Shown here one piece after another: positions 44,751 to 56,819 of a DNA stretch of 64,000 nucleotides. The notes beneath the pieces were generated by a model. It worked only from the letters and a program-made list of their open reading frames with translations. It searched no databases and was not told the origin of the DNA. Position numbers and translations under genes: made by a program. The stretch's first letter is position 1. Every line of letters starts with the position of its first letter. Source of the stretch: Felis catus (taxonomy: Eukaryota); assembly GCF_018350175.1 (NCBI RefSeq), contig NC_058368.1:39372001-39436000 (forward strand), in the 5' to 3' direction.

Positions 44751-46530
44751 TAAACACACACAAATACATACATGTACACATATAGTTGTTGAAAAATAAA
44801 TGTTAGCTTATAATTAATATTTGAAAGGATACTCTAAAGTTTCTGTTATGATTTGTTATTTTACACAATGTCTTAATACAGTTGTCTTCCAAAACCTTGA
44901 TTATGTTAACTTTAAATCTCAGATTCTTAAGATTTTTGTAAACTATTAAAATAATCCCAAAAATCTCAATCTCAAATTTACCTCATATTTTCAACAGTAA
45001 TTAATTCTCACCTTCATAAATAAAGACTTAAAATTCCTTATATATTTTTCATCTGGCTGTTGGAAGTCAAATTTTAAATACAGATAAATAATATTAATAT
45101 AAAATGATCTCACCAGTACCTACAATCTAAAGCTAATTTGATCATATAAGTCACTTAATATTTTCTAATTCTAATATATGAACAAACACATTATTTACTT
45201 TTGATATAGAGTTAATTTTAATGTGATAAAGGAGGCACATAACTATAGACAGAAACATGACTCACGCTCTCAGTGCTCCCATTTGTCAATAATAATCAAA
45301 CACCAAATATCCGCCAAGAGAATGGGCATAAAATCCCTGTGAAACATCTGGTGCCAGAAATCAAAGTGTTAATGGGCATGGTGTTTATTCCTTCTCCTCA
45401 CTCACTCTGCACACAGGGAAAAATCATATACATGAATAAAAAATTATGTGAATTCAAAAATAGTATCAATCACACAAAACTCTCAGCACTATATATTTTA
45501 AGCTTCATGTGTAACCAAGCTAAGAAGAATGTAATAATACCACAAAAAAGAATTTGGTAATTGCTATATGAATGTAGGGAATAAAATTTATATTAAAGTC
45601 TTTTTTCCCCTTATCCATATTTTAGGCTAAAGAAGACATTGAGTTTAAATCATTTGTTAAATATAAATACTAAATCTCCACTTGGAGCACTTCTAGGAAA
45701 TTATACTGTGATAGCAAGAAATAGAAGAAAAACAGGAAAAAAAAAAGGCTATAATCTCAAATCATCTTATTACAAAAAGGTCTTTTTTGTGTGTATAGAA
45801 AAAGAAAATCTCTCTTTTAACTGATTAAAGATTTGGCCAATAGTCAACCCAAGTTTTCTTTCCTGGAGCCACAACGGTTCTTGAATTTCAAAGCGATATC
45901 AGATTGCATACTTCATGAGTTCAGAGAACATTATATTATTTTTTACCTATAGTTTCTAGTTTAGTGTTTTTTGCTGTTTTGTTTTGTGTAAGTAAATTAG
46001 CTCTTACTTAGCTAGTAGATGTATTTAATTTGAATCGGTGAAAGCAAGTAGACAGTATTGCACACGTTTATGGGTATGAAGGGAAATGATGATATCATAG
46101 CAAGTAGGTGCCCGTTTCTCCTCCGATATTCACAAGGACTTGGAAGGAGTCAGTTACATAAAACGTAATTTGGTATTTTTAATCACAACTGAAAAATAAT
46201 GCAAACTGAAATGTTATGTGTAATTAAATATTAATTTTAATATTTACTACTTCACACATGTATAAAAATTCTAAAAATACAAAGGCTATTTAGAGAGCAA
46301 TTACTTGGGACACTGCTAACCTACTAAAATGGAACTGTTCCCCAGTTAGCACCTCTGGTTCAAACCTTTTTATATCCTCCTTTTTATTCTTCTTTCACAT
46401 TTGAAAAATGGAAGATGCGGCAACTTGTACACTGTTACATATCAAATATTATGTGTACACGTACAGAATTTCCTCAGGTGCCCAGTGGACCTAACACTTT
46501 CAGAGTAAGATCATATCCTCTTGATTTTGT

Positions 46531-46735
46531 TTCTTAAGTATGTATTTATTTTGAGAGAGCGAGCACAGGGGAGGGTCGAGAGAGAGAGAGAGAGAGGGAG
46601 AGAGAATCACAAGCAGGCTCCATACTGTCAGCACAGAGCCCACCACAGGGCTCAAACTCACAAATTGTGAAATCATGCCCTGAGCCGAAATCAAAAGAGT
46701 CAGATGCTTAACTGACTGAATTACCCATGCGCCCC
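46531..46735 (-). mobile_element. Can-SINE
   Basis: Degenerate TSD TCCT[C/T]TTGA[T/C]TTT at 46516 and 46736. Confidence 0.94.
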
Positions 46736-46942
46736 TCCTTTTGACTTTATATTTGATAAGTCTCAGAAATGTTTTCAAGCAATCTTCTTTCCATTAAGTT
46801 GGTGTAAATCCTCAGTTATTTCTCCACTCGTTTTTAAAGGAATGAAAAACAGGATGTTAAGAGATGTTTCTATCACATCGTTTATTAAAAAACAACCAAT
46901 CAGTTCCCTACAACTTCAAAATTAAAGAGTATAACATAAGTA

Positions 46943-47150
46943 GACAGCCATGGTGCAATAAAAAATGCAACGGATTTGAGGTTCTGGATGGAGATTCTGG
47001 CTTTGCCATTTATGGTCTCTATAAACTTGGATAACCATTTAGTCTCTCAGTGCCTCTCCATCTACTGATCCTTTCATTTAACTGAGACAACAATTACATT
47101 GCCTTTTTTTTTCTTTTGTAAATTAAACATAATCACATGAAGCACTTCAG
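46943..47150 (+). mobile_element. MIR fossil
   Basis: CAGCCATGGTGCAAT..ATTCTGGCTTTGCCATTTA..AACTTGGATAACCATTTAGTCTCTCAGTGCCTC. Confidence 0.7.
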
Positions 47151-47664
47151 TTGCTTTGAACTAATTTAAAATAAATATACTAAAGAAATCGTGTAAGTTT
47201 TAGTGAAATGAAATAAGCTGTTGAATGGCATTAACATGATATAGGGAATCAAAGTAAAACTTTGTTGATAAAATAAAGAGTTTATTACAAGTGCCTAATA
47301 TAAGATCACACCATAAATATGAATATTCAGTGAAAAGGTAGACAAAAAATAGCTTTCTTTCATGTAGCAGGTATTTATTTATTTGTAGAAACATTTCATG
47401 CCTTATGATCGATGCAGATATAACGCAAAACCAAAATCTATGCCTTCCACAATGTTCATGGATAAAATTGGAGAGAGGCAATTAAAACAGTAATGATAAT
47501 TATTATTTATAAAATCATTGATGGAATTATAGGAAAAATGCTAAAAAACAAAATCAGTAAATCATTAATATATATTAATAGAATCCATTATTATAGAAGA
47601 TTCTTTCACAGTCACATAGATTTCTATTTAAAATGCTTATATTGAAAATATTTTACCTTACCTA

Positions 47665-48910
47665 CAGGAAATCCATACTTTGTTGAGGTTTCCTAGTTTT
47701 TACCTAAGGTCTTTTTCCTCTTCATACTAACTAAAATCCATACTTTGTTCAGGTTTCTTTAGTTTTTACTAAAGTCTTTTTTCTGCTCCAGGATTTCACC
47801 CAGGATACATTATATTTACTTGTCATGTCTCCTTAGGCTGTTCTTGGCTTTTACAGTCCCATGCCTACCCCCACCCTTTAAAATTTTTTAAAAGATTGCA
47901 TATTTTAGAGCAGTTTTAGATTTACAGCAGAAAGGGGCAGAGAGTACAGAATTCCCATTAACACCCTAAGCTCACAAACACAACAGCACTCCCCCACCTA
48001 CTTACTGCTAGCATCCCTGATGATACGTATCCACCATTAATGTATTACGCAAATATTTTCACTGCCATAAAAATCCCCTAAGCTTTGCCTATTCAGCCTG
48101 CCTCCCCTCACTCCCAATCCCTAGCAACCACTGATCAGTTTACTATCTTCATAGTTTTGTCTTTCCCAGAATATCACATAATTGGCATCAAACAGGATCT
48201 AGCCTTCTCGGATTGCCTTCTTTCACTTAGCAATATGCATTTAAGATACCTCCATTTCATTCATCGATTGATAGCTCATTTCTTATTAGGGCTGAATAAT
48301 ATTCCCGTACGTGGGTACACTGCAGTTTATTTACCCATCCACTTACTGAAGGACATCTTGGTTGCTTTCAAGGCTTGGCAATTATGAATAAAACTGCTAT
48401 AAACATCTGTGTGCTTGTTTTGCTGTGGATATATATTTTTTAACTCCTTTGGGTAAATACCGATGAGCACAATTACTGGATTATATGGAAGAAGTATATT
48501 TAGTTTTGTATGAAACTGCCAAACCGTCTTCCAAAGTGGCTGCACCATTCTGCATTCCTACTCCCAAGAAATGAGAGTTCTTGCTACTCCACAGCTACTA
48601 CAGCATTTGGTGCTGTCAGTGTTCTGGATTTGGGCCATCATGATAGATGGTTAGTGGTATCTCTGTTTTAATTTGCAATTCCCTTATGACAAATGATGTT
48701 CACCATCTTTTCACGTACTTATTTGCTATCTGTATATATTTCCTGATGAGGTGTTTGTTCAGGTTCTTTTCCCCATTTTTTAGAAAATTAAGCTGTTCAT
48801 TTGCTTATTGCTGAGTTTTTAGAGTTCTCTGTGTAGTTTGGATAATAGTCTTTTGCTAGGTATGTCTTTGGTGAATATTTTCTCCCAGTTGCTGGTTTGA
48901 CTGATTTTCT
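47665..48910 (-). mobile_element. L1MC/L1MD-type 3' region
   Basis: TTTTAGAGCAGTTTTAGATTTACAG, CCCTAGCAACCACTGATC, AAACTGCCAAACCGTCTTCCAAAGTGGCTG; track ORF 48327-48548 (VQPLWKTVWQF) is the L1 ORF2 C-terminus. Confidence 0.85.
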
Positions 48911-48949
48911 TGGTCCTGCTCTTTTAGGACATTACTATATTATTTGTCC

Positions 48950-49900
48950 TAATGTTTTTATCAGAATTTTTGCACATATATTTATCAGCAACATTGAATT
49001 CATTCTTTGTGTTATTCTTTTATACATTGTTACCTACATTCTACTAAAATGAGGTGAGATTTTTGCCTCAGTTTTCTACTTCCTTAAAATATTTATCTAT
49101 GATTGGGATCGTTGCCCCATAAATGTTTGATAGAATCCATATATAGATCAGCCAAGTGGGATGTATTCTTCGCAGAATTAGAACTGGAAATTCAATTTAT
49201 TTCATTATTTTATTATTTTCATATTTTCTACTTACTCATGAGAGTAGTTGGGAATTTGTATGGTTTTAGTAATTTGTGCACTTCACATTTATTTGTAAAT
49301 TAATTGCATAGTTTTTAAATAAGTTTTAATCCTTGTCTTTCCCTCTCACCTTTGATTAGGTCTCTGTCTACTTAACAGTGCTTGTTTTCTCTCAGTTGTT
49401 ATTTTACCAGTTCTGCTAAATATTTGCTTATTATTTTAGTCTTTTCAATACACCAATTATTGGTATTTATCCTTTTCATTGTTTCCTTTTTTATATTTTT
49501 ATAATTGCTATTCTTATTTGCATTAATTTCTTCTTTATGCTTTAAGATTTAATTGGCTCATTTTTCTAACTTCTTAAGTTGAGGTAGTGTAACTTCCTGA
49601 TTTCTTCCTTATTTTTCTATAACAGTTAAGACTACAAAATTTCCTCTAAATGTTTTAGCTGTATCCTACAGACTGTTACTTGTAATAATATTGTTACCAA
49701 CAGTTCTAATTATTTTCTAGTTCCCATTTTCATTTGTTCTTTGACCTATCAGTCATTTTGAAATATTTTTTGTTTTACACACTGTGAAATTCTTTTCACT
49801 GTTTTCATTTTATAAATTAATTGTGCTATTTAATTAAGAGAATATTATCGCTATAATGCCAAACATTATTTTGTATTTGTGCTTGAGTATTCCTTGTTTC
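48950..49900 (-). mobile_element. Very old L1 (L1ME-like) ORF2 remnant
   Basis: T-rich decayed L1 antisense motifs (AATTTTTGCACATATATT, AATGTTTGATAGAAT, AAATTTCCTCTAA). Confidence 0.55.
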
Positions 49901-50205
49901 TTTAAAATATTTATTATTAAATATAGTTGACATGCAATATTATATTAGTTTCAAGTGCACAACATAATGATTGAATAATTGCATACCTTTTGCAGCACTC
50001 ACCACAATAAGTGTAGTTACTATCTGTCAACATACAATGTTATTACAGTATTAGTGACTGTATTCCCTATGACATACACTTCATCCCTGTGACTTATTTA
50101 TTTTGTAACAGGAAGTTCACACCTCTTCACCTCCTTACCTATTATGCCCATTCCCCCAACCCCATCCCCTCTAGCAACCACCAGTTTCTTCTCTGTATTT
50201 ATGAG

Positions 50206-50253
<48 letters not shown>

Positions 50254-50338
50254 TCCTTCCTTTCCTTTCCTTTCCTTTCCTTTCCTTTCCTTTCCTTTCC
50301 TTTCCTCTTTTCTTTTCTTTCCTTTCCTTTTCTCTTTT
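50206..50338. repeat. (TTTC)n/(TTTCC)n polypyrimidine repeat
   Basis: Seen directly, within L1. Confidence 0.96.
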
Positions 50339-50967
50339 AGATTCCACATACAAATGAAATCACCTGGTATTTGTCTTTTTCTGTTTGACTTATTTCACCT
50401 GGCATGATATTTTCCAGGTCCATCCATGTTGTCACAAATAGCAAGAGCTCTTTTTTTTTTATTACTCAGTAATATTCTATCGTATATGTATACCACCATT
50501 TCTTTATCCATTTACCTAGTAATGGACACTTAGATTCCTTCCATATACTGGCTATTGTAAATAATGTTGCAATAAATATAAGGATGCATATATCTTTTCA
50601 AATTAGTGTTTTTGTTTTTTTTTGGGTATATACTGAAGACATAGTGCAGTTACTGGTGGAATTACTAGATCATGTGGTATTTCTAGTTTTCATAGTTTTG
50701 AGGAAAGTCCATACTATTTTTCATAGTAGTGGCACCAATTTACATTCCCACCAACAGTGTATGATGGCTCCCCTGTCTCCATAGCCTTGCCAATACTTAT
50801 TTCTTGTCTTTTGGATAATATCCACCCTGACTGGTGTGAGATATATCTTACTATGGTTTTGATATGTTTCCCTGATGATTAATGATGTTGAGCATCTTTT
50901 TATGTGTATGTTGGCCATTTGGATGTTTTCTTTGGAAAAATGTCCAGATCCTCTGCCCACTTTTTAA

Positions 50968-50969
<2 letters not shown>

Positions 50970-51011
<42 letters not shown>
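50970..51011. repeat. (TG)21 microsatellite
   Basis: Seen directly, within L1. Confidence 0.97.
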
Positions 51012-51013
<2 letters not shown>

Positions 51014-51426
51014 TGTGTGTAGTTGTGTAAGCTCTTTATATGTTTTGGATATTAATCCCTTAATGATATCAGATCTATCTTTTACAAATATCTTCTGTTA
51101 TTTAACAGATTGCCTTTTTAGCTTATTGATGGTTACCTTAAAGGAAAGGTTTTTATTTTTGAGTAGTCCCAATAGTTTAATTTTGCTTTTGTTTCTTTTT
51201 GCCCAAAGAAATATATTTAGAAAAATGTTTTTACGGCCAATATCAAAGAAATTACTGCCTATGTTTTATGGTTGTCAGTCTCACAATTAAGTCTTTAATC
51301 TATTTTGAAGTGTTTGTTTTGTTTTGTTTTTGTTGTGTGTGGGGGGTGGGTAAGAAGGTGATCTAGTTTCATTCGTTTGCATGTAGCTGTCCAGTTTTCC
51401 CACCATTTGTTAAAGAAGTTGTCTTT

Positions 51427-51670
51427 AAAAATAGCTACAAACAGAAGGGGAGGGAGACAAGCCATAAGAAACTCTTAACTACAGAGAAAAAACTGAGGGT
51501 GGATGGAGACGGGAAAATGGGTGATGGGCATTGAGGAGGGCACTTGTTGGGATGAGCACTGGGTGTTGTATGTAAGCAATGAACCACGGGAATCTACCTC
51601 AAAAACCAAGAGCACACTTTACATACTGTATGTTAACCAATTTAACAATAAATTATATTTAAAAAAAAAA
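51427..51670 (+). mobile_element. Felid L1 (L1_Fc-like) 3' end nested antisense in the older L1
   Basis: GATGGGCATTGAGGAGGGCACTTGTTGGGATGAGCACTGGGTGTTGTATG..AATAAATTATATTT-polyA; both flanks end TTGTCTTT. Confidence 0.9.
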
Positions 51671-53121
51671 GATTGTCTTTTCTCATTGTATATTCCTACC
51701 TCCTTTGTTATAGATTAATTGACACCATAAGTGTGGGTTTATTTCTGGGCTCTCTATTGTGTCCCATTGATCTGTGTGTCTGTTTTTATGCCAGTACCAT
51801 ACTGTTTTGATTACTACAGTTTTGTAATATATCTTAAAATCTGAGCCAACCAGTCACCCCAGTTAGGCACACTTTTTAGCAGGCATTATCATTGTTGAGG
51901 GGGCAACATTTTTATTATCTTCACATTACCAATATAGTACGTACTTTACATAATTATTTACAACTTTCTAAGTTCTATCACTGTAAATCATCATAATACA
52001 TAAAATAAGCTATTTATTGTAGGAAAATATTGTTTTATAAGGAAGAAAAGTTTGGAACTTGTCATAATCAATAAACAATTATAATATAGTGAACCTATAA
52101 CAAGAAATAGAAACTAGTGGTCAAAGAAAATGAGGTAGACTTCTCAAAGCATATGGAGTAGGAAGAAAATGGATCAGGTTGAAGAGTACCCTCTGACGTT
52201 TTGATTTGGTGGAAACAGAAGTAAATTAAAAGAGGATGGAACTTTAGTGAGAAAAGATAAGTAAGTCAAGAAGAAAATGAACACAGTAAAAATTTTAATT
52301 TTATAAATCTGTTTATAACTTCAATTTTTTCAGACACTGGTATGAAATGGAAGATATATCTGTTCATTGAAAGATAAAAGTAATTACCTGAAGTTATAGC
52401 TTCAAGCAATAATATTTATTTCAGTTTATGGGCAATATTTTCTCACAAGTATATTACCCTCTCATAGTAGCCCAACTACCTACCTACATACATACCCCCC
52501 ACACACACACACACACACTTGCAGACTCTTATTTTTCTCCTTTTATTCTGTTCCCTGAAATGATCTCTCTAAAGGAGGAAATCAAGAAGTGACAATTAGA
52601 AATATTAATTTAAAGTTATGAATCCTAATTTAGACACTGATTTTATTAACTATTAACCATCTTTTCTCTACCTTTCCTTCATTTAGTAATATCCTTCAAA
52701 CTTCAGTTGTCTTTCTCAATTGAGAATGGTCTGATATGGGCATAATGGGTGTTTCCAAATAATAAAATGATGTTCTCACTAAGCTATATTGTCTGGCTCA
52801 GTGCTACTTTGTCCTATAGGAAGGGGCTCTCTTTTATCTAATTTGCACAAAGATGCCAATTTGTGCTAGCAGCAGCCTTGTTTGGTGATGAATAAGTTTG
52901 TACAAAATATTTATGTAAAAAAATATCAATGTGAGTTTAGAGTGCTATTTTACAGCCCTCATACATCTTTGTCATTTCGTAGTTAATTTTATCTGTGACA
53001 TTCAAATGTGACTAGGAACTATACATTGTTCTAGGCACAGTGGTTACAGTAATGAATAAATAGTTAAAAAAATTTCAGCCTTTCTGGTATTTATATAGCA
53101 TTTGAAGGAAAATTAAAACAC

Positions 53122-53366
53122 ATTTTTGTAGTGTGCAAAGGTGCCAAACATCTAAGTGTTTTGCATATATTAAATAATTTAATCTCATTATAATCCTAAG
53201 AGGCTGGCACGTTATTGTCCCCATTTTTCAGACAAGAAGCTAAGGCATAGAGAGATAAAGTAACTTGGCGAGAGACTTACAGATAGTAAGTGCCAGTGCC
53301 AGGACTTGAATCTCAACATTCTGGGCTTAAAAGTTTATATTCTAAACCTGTGTTCCACACTGCCTT
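53122..53366 (-). mobile_element. Near full-length MIR
   Basis: TTATTGTCCCCATTTTTCAGACAAGAAGCTAAGGCATAGAGAGATAAAGTAACTTG..CCAGGACTTGAATCTCA..ACACTGCCT. Confidence 0.85.
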
Positions 53367-53399
53367 TGTGTATTATGTTATCTCTCAGATGTCTGTTAC

Positions 53400-55085
53400 T
53401 TCCAAACATGATATACGTATTAGAAATGAAGTATTCAAAAATCACATGGTCATATATTAAAGCAGAAAAAGAATTTTACAAAATCCAACAGAAATTCATG
53501 TTAAAGTTTTTCAGTAAATCAGGAATAAAAGGGAAATTCTTCAACTGATAAAGAGTATCTGCACAGCATCTACAGACACCATCATACTTAATAGTGATAG
53601 AAGTTTAAAGTCTTCCCAATAAGATCAAGAACAAGAAAAGTATGTCCCTTCTTACCACTGCTTTTCTTTTTTTTTTAATTTTTTTTAATGTTTATTTATG
53701 TTTGAGACAGAGAGAGACAGCATGAACAGGGGAGGGTCAGAGAGAGAGGGAGACACAGAATCTGAAGCAGGCTCCAGGCTCTGAGCCATCAGCACACAGC
53801 CTGACGCGGGGCTTGAACTCACGAACCGTGAGATCATGACCTGAGCCGAAGTCGGACGCTTAACTGACTGAGCCACCCAGGTGCCTCGTTACCACTGCTT
53901 TTCAACATTTCAGCATCATACTGGAAGTCCTAGTTAATTAAAAAAAAACACAAGAGTAAATAAAAGTTATGTAAGTCAGATTGGGAGAAAATATTTGCAA
54001 GAGTTATATCTGATGAACGATTCATCCAAAATACACAAAAGAAAGAAAAATAAAACCTTAAAATCATCAATAAGGAAACAAAACACCTGATTAAAAAATG
54101 AGCCAAAGACTTTAACAGATACCTCACCAAAGAAGATATACAGATGACACATACGCATATAAAAACATTTGTCATTAGAGAAATGCAAATGAAGACAATG
54201 AGATATTTGTACCTACTCCTGAGAATGGCCAAAATTGAGAACACTGACAACACCAAATGCTGGTGAAGCTATGGAGCAAGAAGAACTCTCATTCACTGCT
54301 GCTGGAAATACAAAATGGTACAGCCACTTTGGACGACAGTTTGACAGTTTCTTAACCAAACTAAACATACCCTTAGCATATGATCCAGTAATTGTACTTG
54401 TTAGTATTTACCCGAAAGAGTTGGAAACATATCCATACACAAACCTGAACATGGATGTTTATGAGAGCTTTATTCATTGCCAAAACATGGCAGCAACCAA
54501 GATGTCTCTCAGTAGGTGAAGGGATAAGTAAACTGTGGTACATCTAGACAGTGGTTATTATTTGGTGTTAGAAAAGAAAGGAACTATCAAGCCATGAGAA
54601 GACATGGAGGAAACCTAAATGTGTATTATTACTAAGTGAAAGAAGCCAATTGAAAAGGCTACAAACCATATGATTACAACAATATGACATTCAGAAAGGA
54701 AAAAAAAACCCATAAACAAATAAAAAACAGGTCTTTTCAATGGATTTGGGGTGGGGGAGAGATAGCTAGATAGAGCTCCAAGTACTTTCATGTCAGTGAA
54801 AAAACTCTGTATAGTATATTAATTACAGATACATGTCATTATACATATGCCAAAACCCATAGAATGTGTAACCCAATGGTGAACTCTAATGTGAACTATG
54901 GAATTGGATGATAATGATGTGTCAGTGTAGGTTCCTTAGTTGTAACAAATGTACCTCTGGTGGGGGGTGTTGATAATGGAAGACTCTGCATGTATGGCAG
55001 CAGGAGTGGGAAATTTCTGTGCCTTCTGCTCAATTATGGTGTGAGCCTAAAACTGCTCTAAAATATAAAGTCTGTTAAATTTTGT
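53400..55085 (+). mobile_element. L1MC1-like element with an internal deletion
   Basis: RT-region piece 53400-53975, then ORF2 C-terminus and 3' UTR ending GAGCCTAAAACTGCTCTAAAATATAAAGTCTG. Confidence 0.88.
53667..53887 (-). mobile_element. Can-SINE, SINEC_Fc2-like, in L1
   Basis: Perfect TSD TTACCACTGCTTTTC at 53652-53666 and 53889-53903. Confidence 0.96.
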
Positions 55086-55216
55086 TAAAAAGGGCGAAGC
55101 ATTCTTATTTATTGTATCATGAGGAAAATAATTGGGTACTTTCTTTTTATTTTGTTGCTGCTATTATTATTGCTGATGTTGTTATTCTGCAAATTCTCCT
55201 TTTATTTTGCATCTGA

Positions 55217-55219
55217 AAA

Positions 55220-55250
<31 letters not shown>

Positions 55251-55251
55251 A
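55217..55251. repeat. (AAAT)8 microsatellite
   Basis: Seen directly. Confidence 0.96.
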
Positions 55252-56029
55252 ACCCAGAAACAGGGATTTCTCATTGAATAGCTACATTGAAATTTTAGAA
55301 TGTTAATGAGTAAAGAATTATATTTATTTAATTGTAAAAAAATACAATTTTATTCTTGTATTTCTAAGAATTTGGAATAAAGTGATAAAAAGAGACTGTT
55401 ACCAATTACAGACAAAAATAATTACAACAAGGTAATTAGCAGGGAATAAGAACATAAGTTACTTTTTATTTAGCATACAAGATGATTCTGCAAAAGTTCT
55501 CTTTTTCATGTTGTGCTAAAAGTGTCAAACTTATTTTGAAAGGCCTAATTTTATTAAAATGTTTTTGCTAACTTGTCTTATTATGGGCATTATTGTAAAA
55601 ACTGAGAGTGAAAACAGTGTACTAATTAGTGTCCATTATGCATTCTGTTGCTTGTTTGCCATACAGAAATTATTTTTTAAACTTAGATTTTCATTTCGCT
55701 TATATTCATTGCAATATGCAATCATCTTGAAAAATAGTTGTCATCAGGAGACATTGTTGAGTATAGAGTTTGTGTTAATGTGCCTACTGGTTTAAGAATG
55801 AAACAATAGTTTCTACTTCAGGGACACTGAGCCTAAAAACCAGAAAGGTGTTTCTTATTTTGTTTGTTTGCTTCTTTTTAACTGTGAAAAAAATACAGAT
55901 AATGTTAAATGGAACATAGCATTCTGTGATAAATAGGACAATAGGAAATATTCATTCTCAATGCGAGATGCTGAGAGAACTTTGTAGAGGTGGGAGTTGA
56001 AAATAGATTGAATGATTGGAGAAGAGAAA

Positions 56030-56240
56030 TAATCTAACATTTATGGTCCACTGACTATAGGCTAGCCACGTGGTCTTCCTAATCATATTGGATACTCATA
56101 CCAATACTTTCAGATTAATTGCTATTATTTTTGTAAAGGCATTTAAACTGAGACTCAGTGGAATCGACTGACTTGCCAAGGGAACCCAGTTCATAAAGGA
56201 GAGCCAGAGTTCAAGTGTAGGCTGGTTGTAGCCAACACTC
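56030..56240 (-). mobile_element. MIR fossil
   Basis: AAACTGAGACTCAGTGGAATCGACTGACTTGCCAAGGG..GAGCCAGAGTTCAAG. Confidence 0.7.
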
Positions 56241-56608
56241 ATATTTTTCTCCATACTTATATATAGTAGTTTATAGTTACTTGGGAAATGAGGGAGACAA
56301 AAAGGTCCAAGTAGAAGTGGGATAATTAGCAAGCCAATCTCTTCATTAATTGCCCAGGAAATCACTAAAAAAAGGCATAGAATCCCAGTATTTGATGGAA
56401 TTGCCTGGCTCTTGGGCAACACCTCATGGCCTCTTAGTCTCACCTCTAATGTTAGCAGCTGAACCAGAGAGGAATTCAGAAAAGCATTGGCTATTTTTAT
56501 GAAGGTATAACCAGAGATCTTGGAATCCTGTCCAAGATTCAGAAGTTGAGGTGAGAAAGGCCAGAAACCTGAGGGAACTCTAGGCAGGAGCACTGTGGGA
56601 TTGTTTAA

Positions 56609-56819
56609 TTTTTTTTTTAATATTTATTTATTTTGAGAGAGAGAGGACAGAGTGTGAGTGGGGGAGGAGCAAAGACAGAGAGAGACACAGAATCTGAAGC
56701 AGGCTCCAGGCTCTGAGCTGTCAGCACAGAGCCTGACTCGGGTCTCGAACTCACTAACTGTGAGATCATGGCCTGAGCCAAAGTCAGACACATAACAGAC
56801 TGAGTCACCCAGGTGCCCC
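56609..56819 (-). mobile_element. Can-SINE, SINEC_Fc2-like
   Basis: Fc2 body; degenerate TSD GATTG[T/C]TTA. Confidence 0.95.

Larger units (their letters stand above)
49905..51843 (-). mobile_element. Carnivore L1 3' ~1.7 kb
   Basis: 3' end ATATAGTTGACATGCAATATTATATTAGTTTCAAGTG through ORF2 CCAGTACCATACTGTTTTGATTACTACAG; track ORF 50721-50960 (HFSKENIQMAN.HIKRCSTSL) is L1 ORF2. Confidence 0.92.

Noticed and set aside
50089..50407. KERK- and SFFL-repeat ORFs
   Set aside because: Translations of the (TTTC)n/(TTTCC)n repeat.
56096..56593. Longest ORF in the track (165 aa)
   Set aside because: Non-ATG start, runs into a MIR fossil, no recognisable domain.
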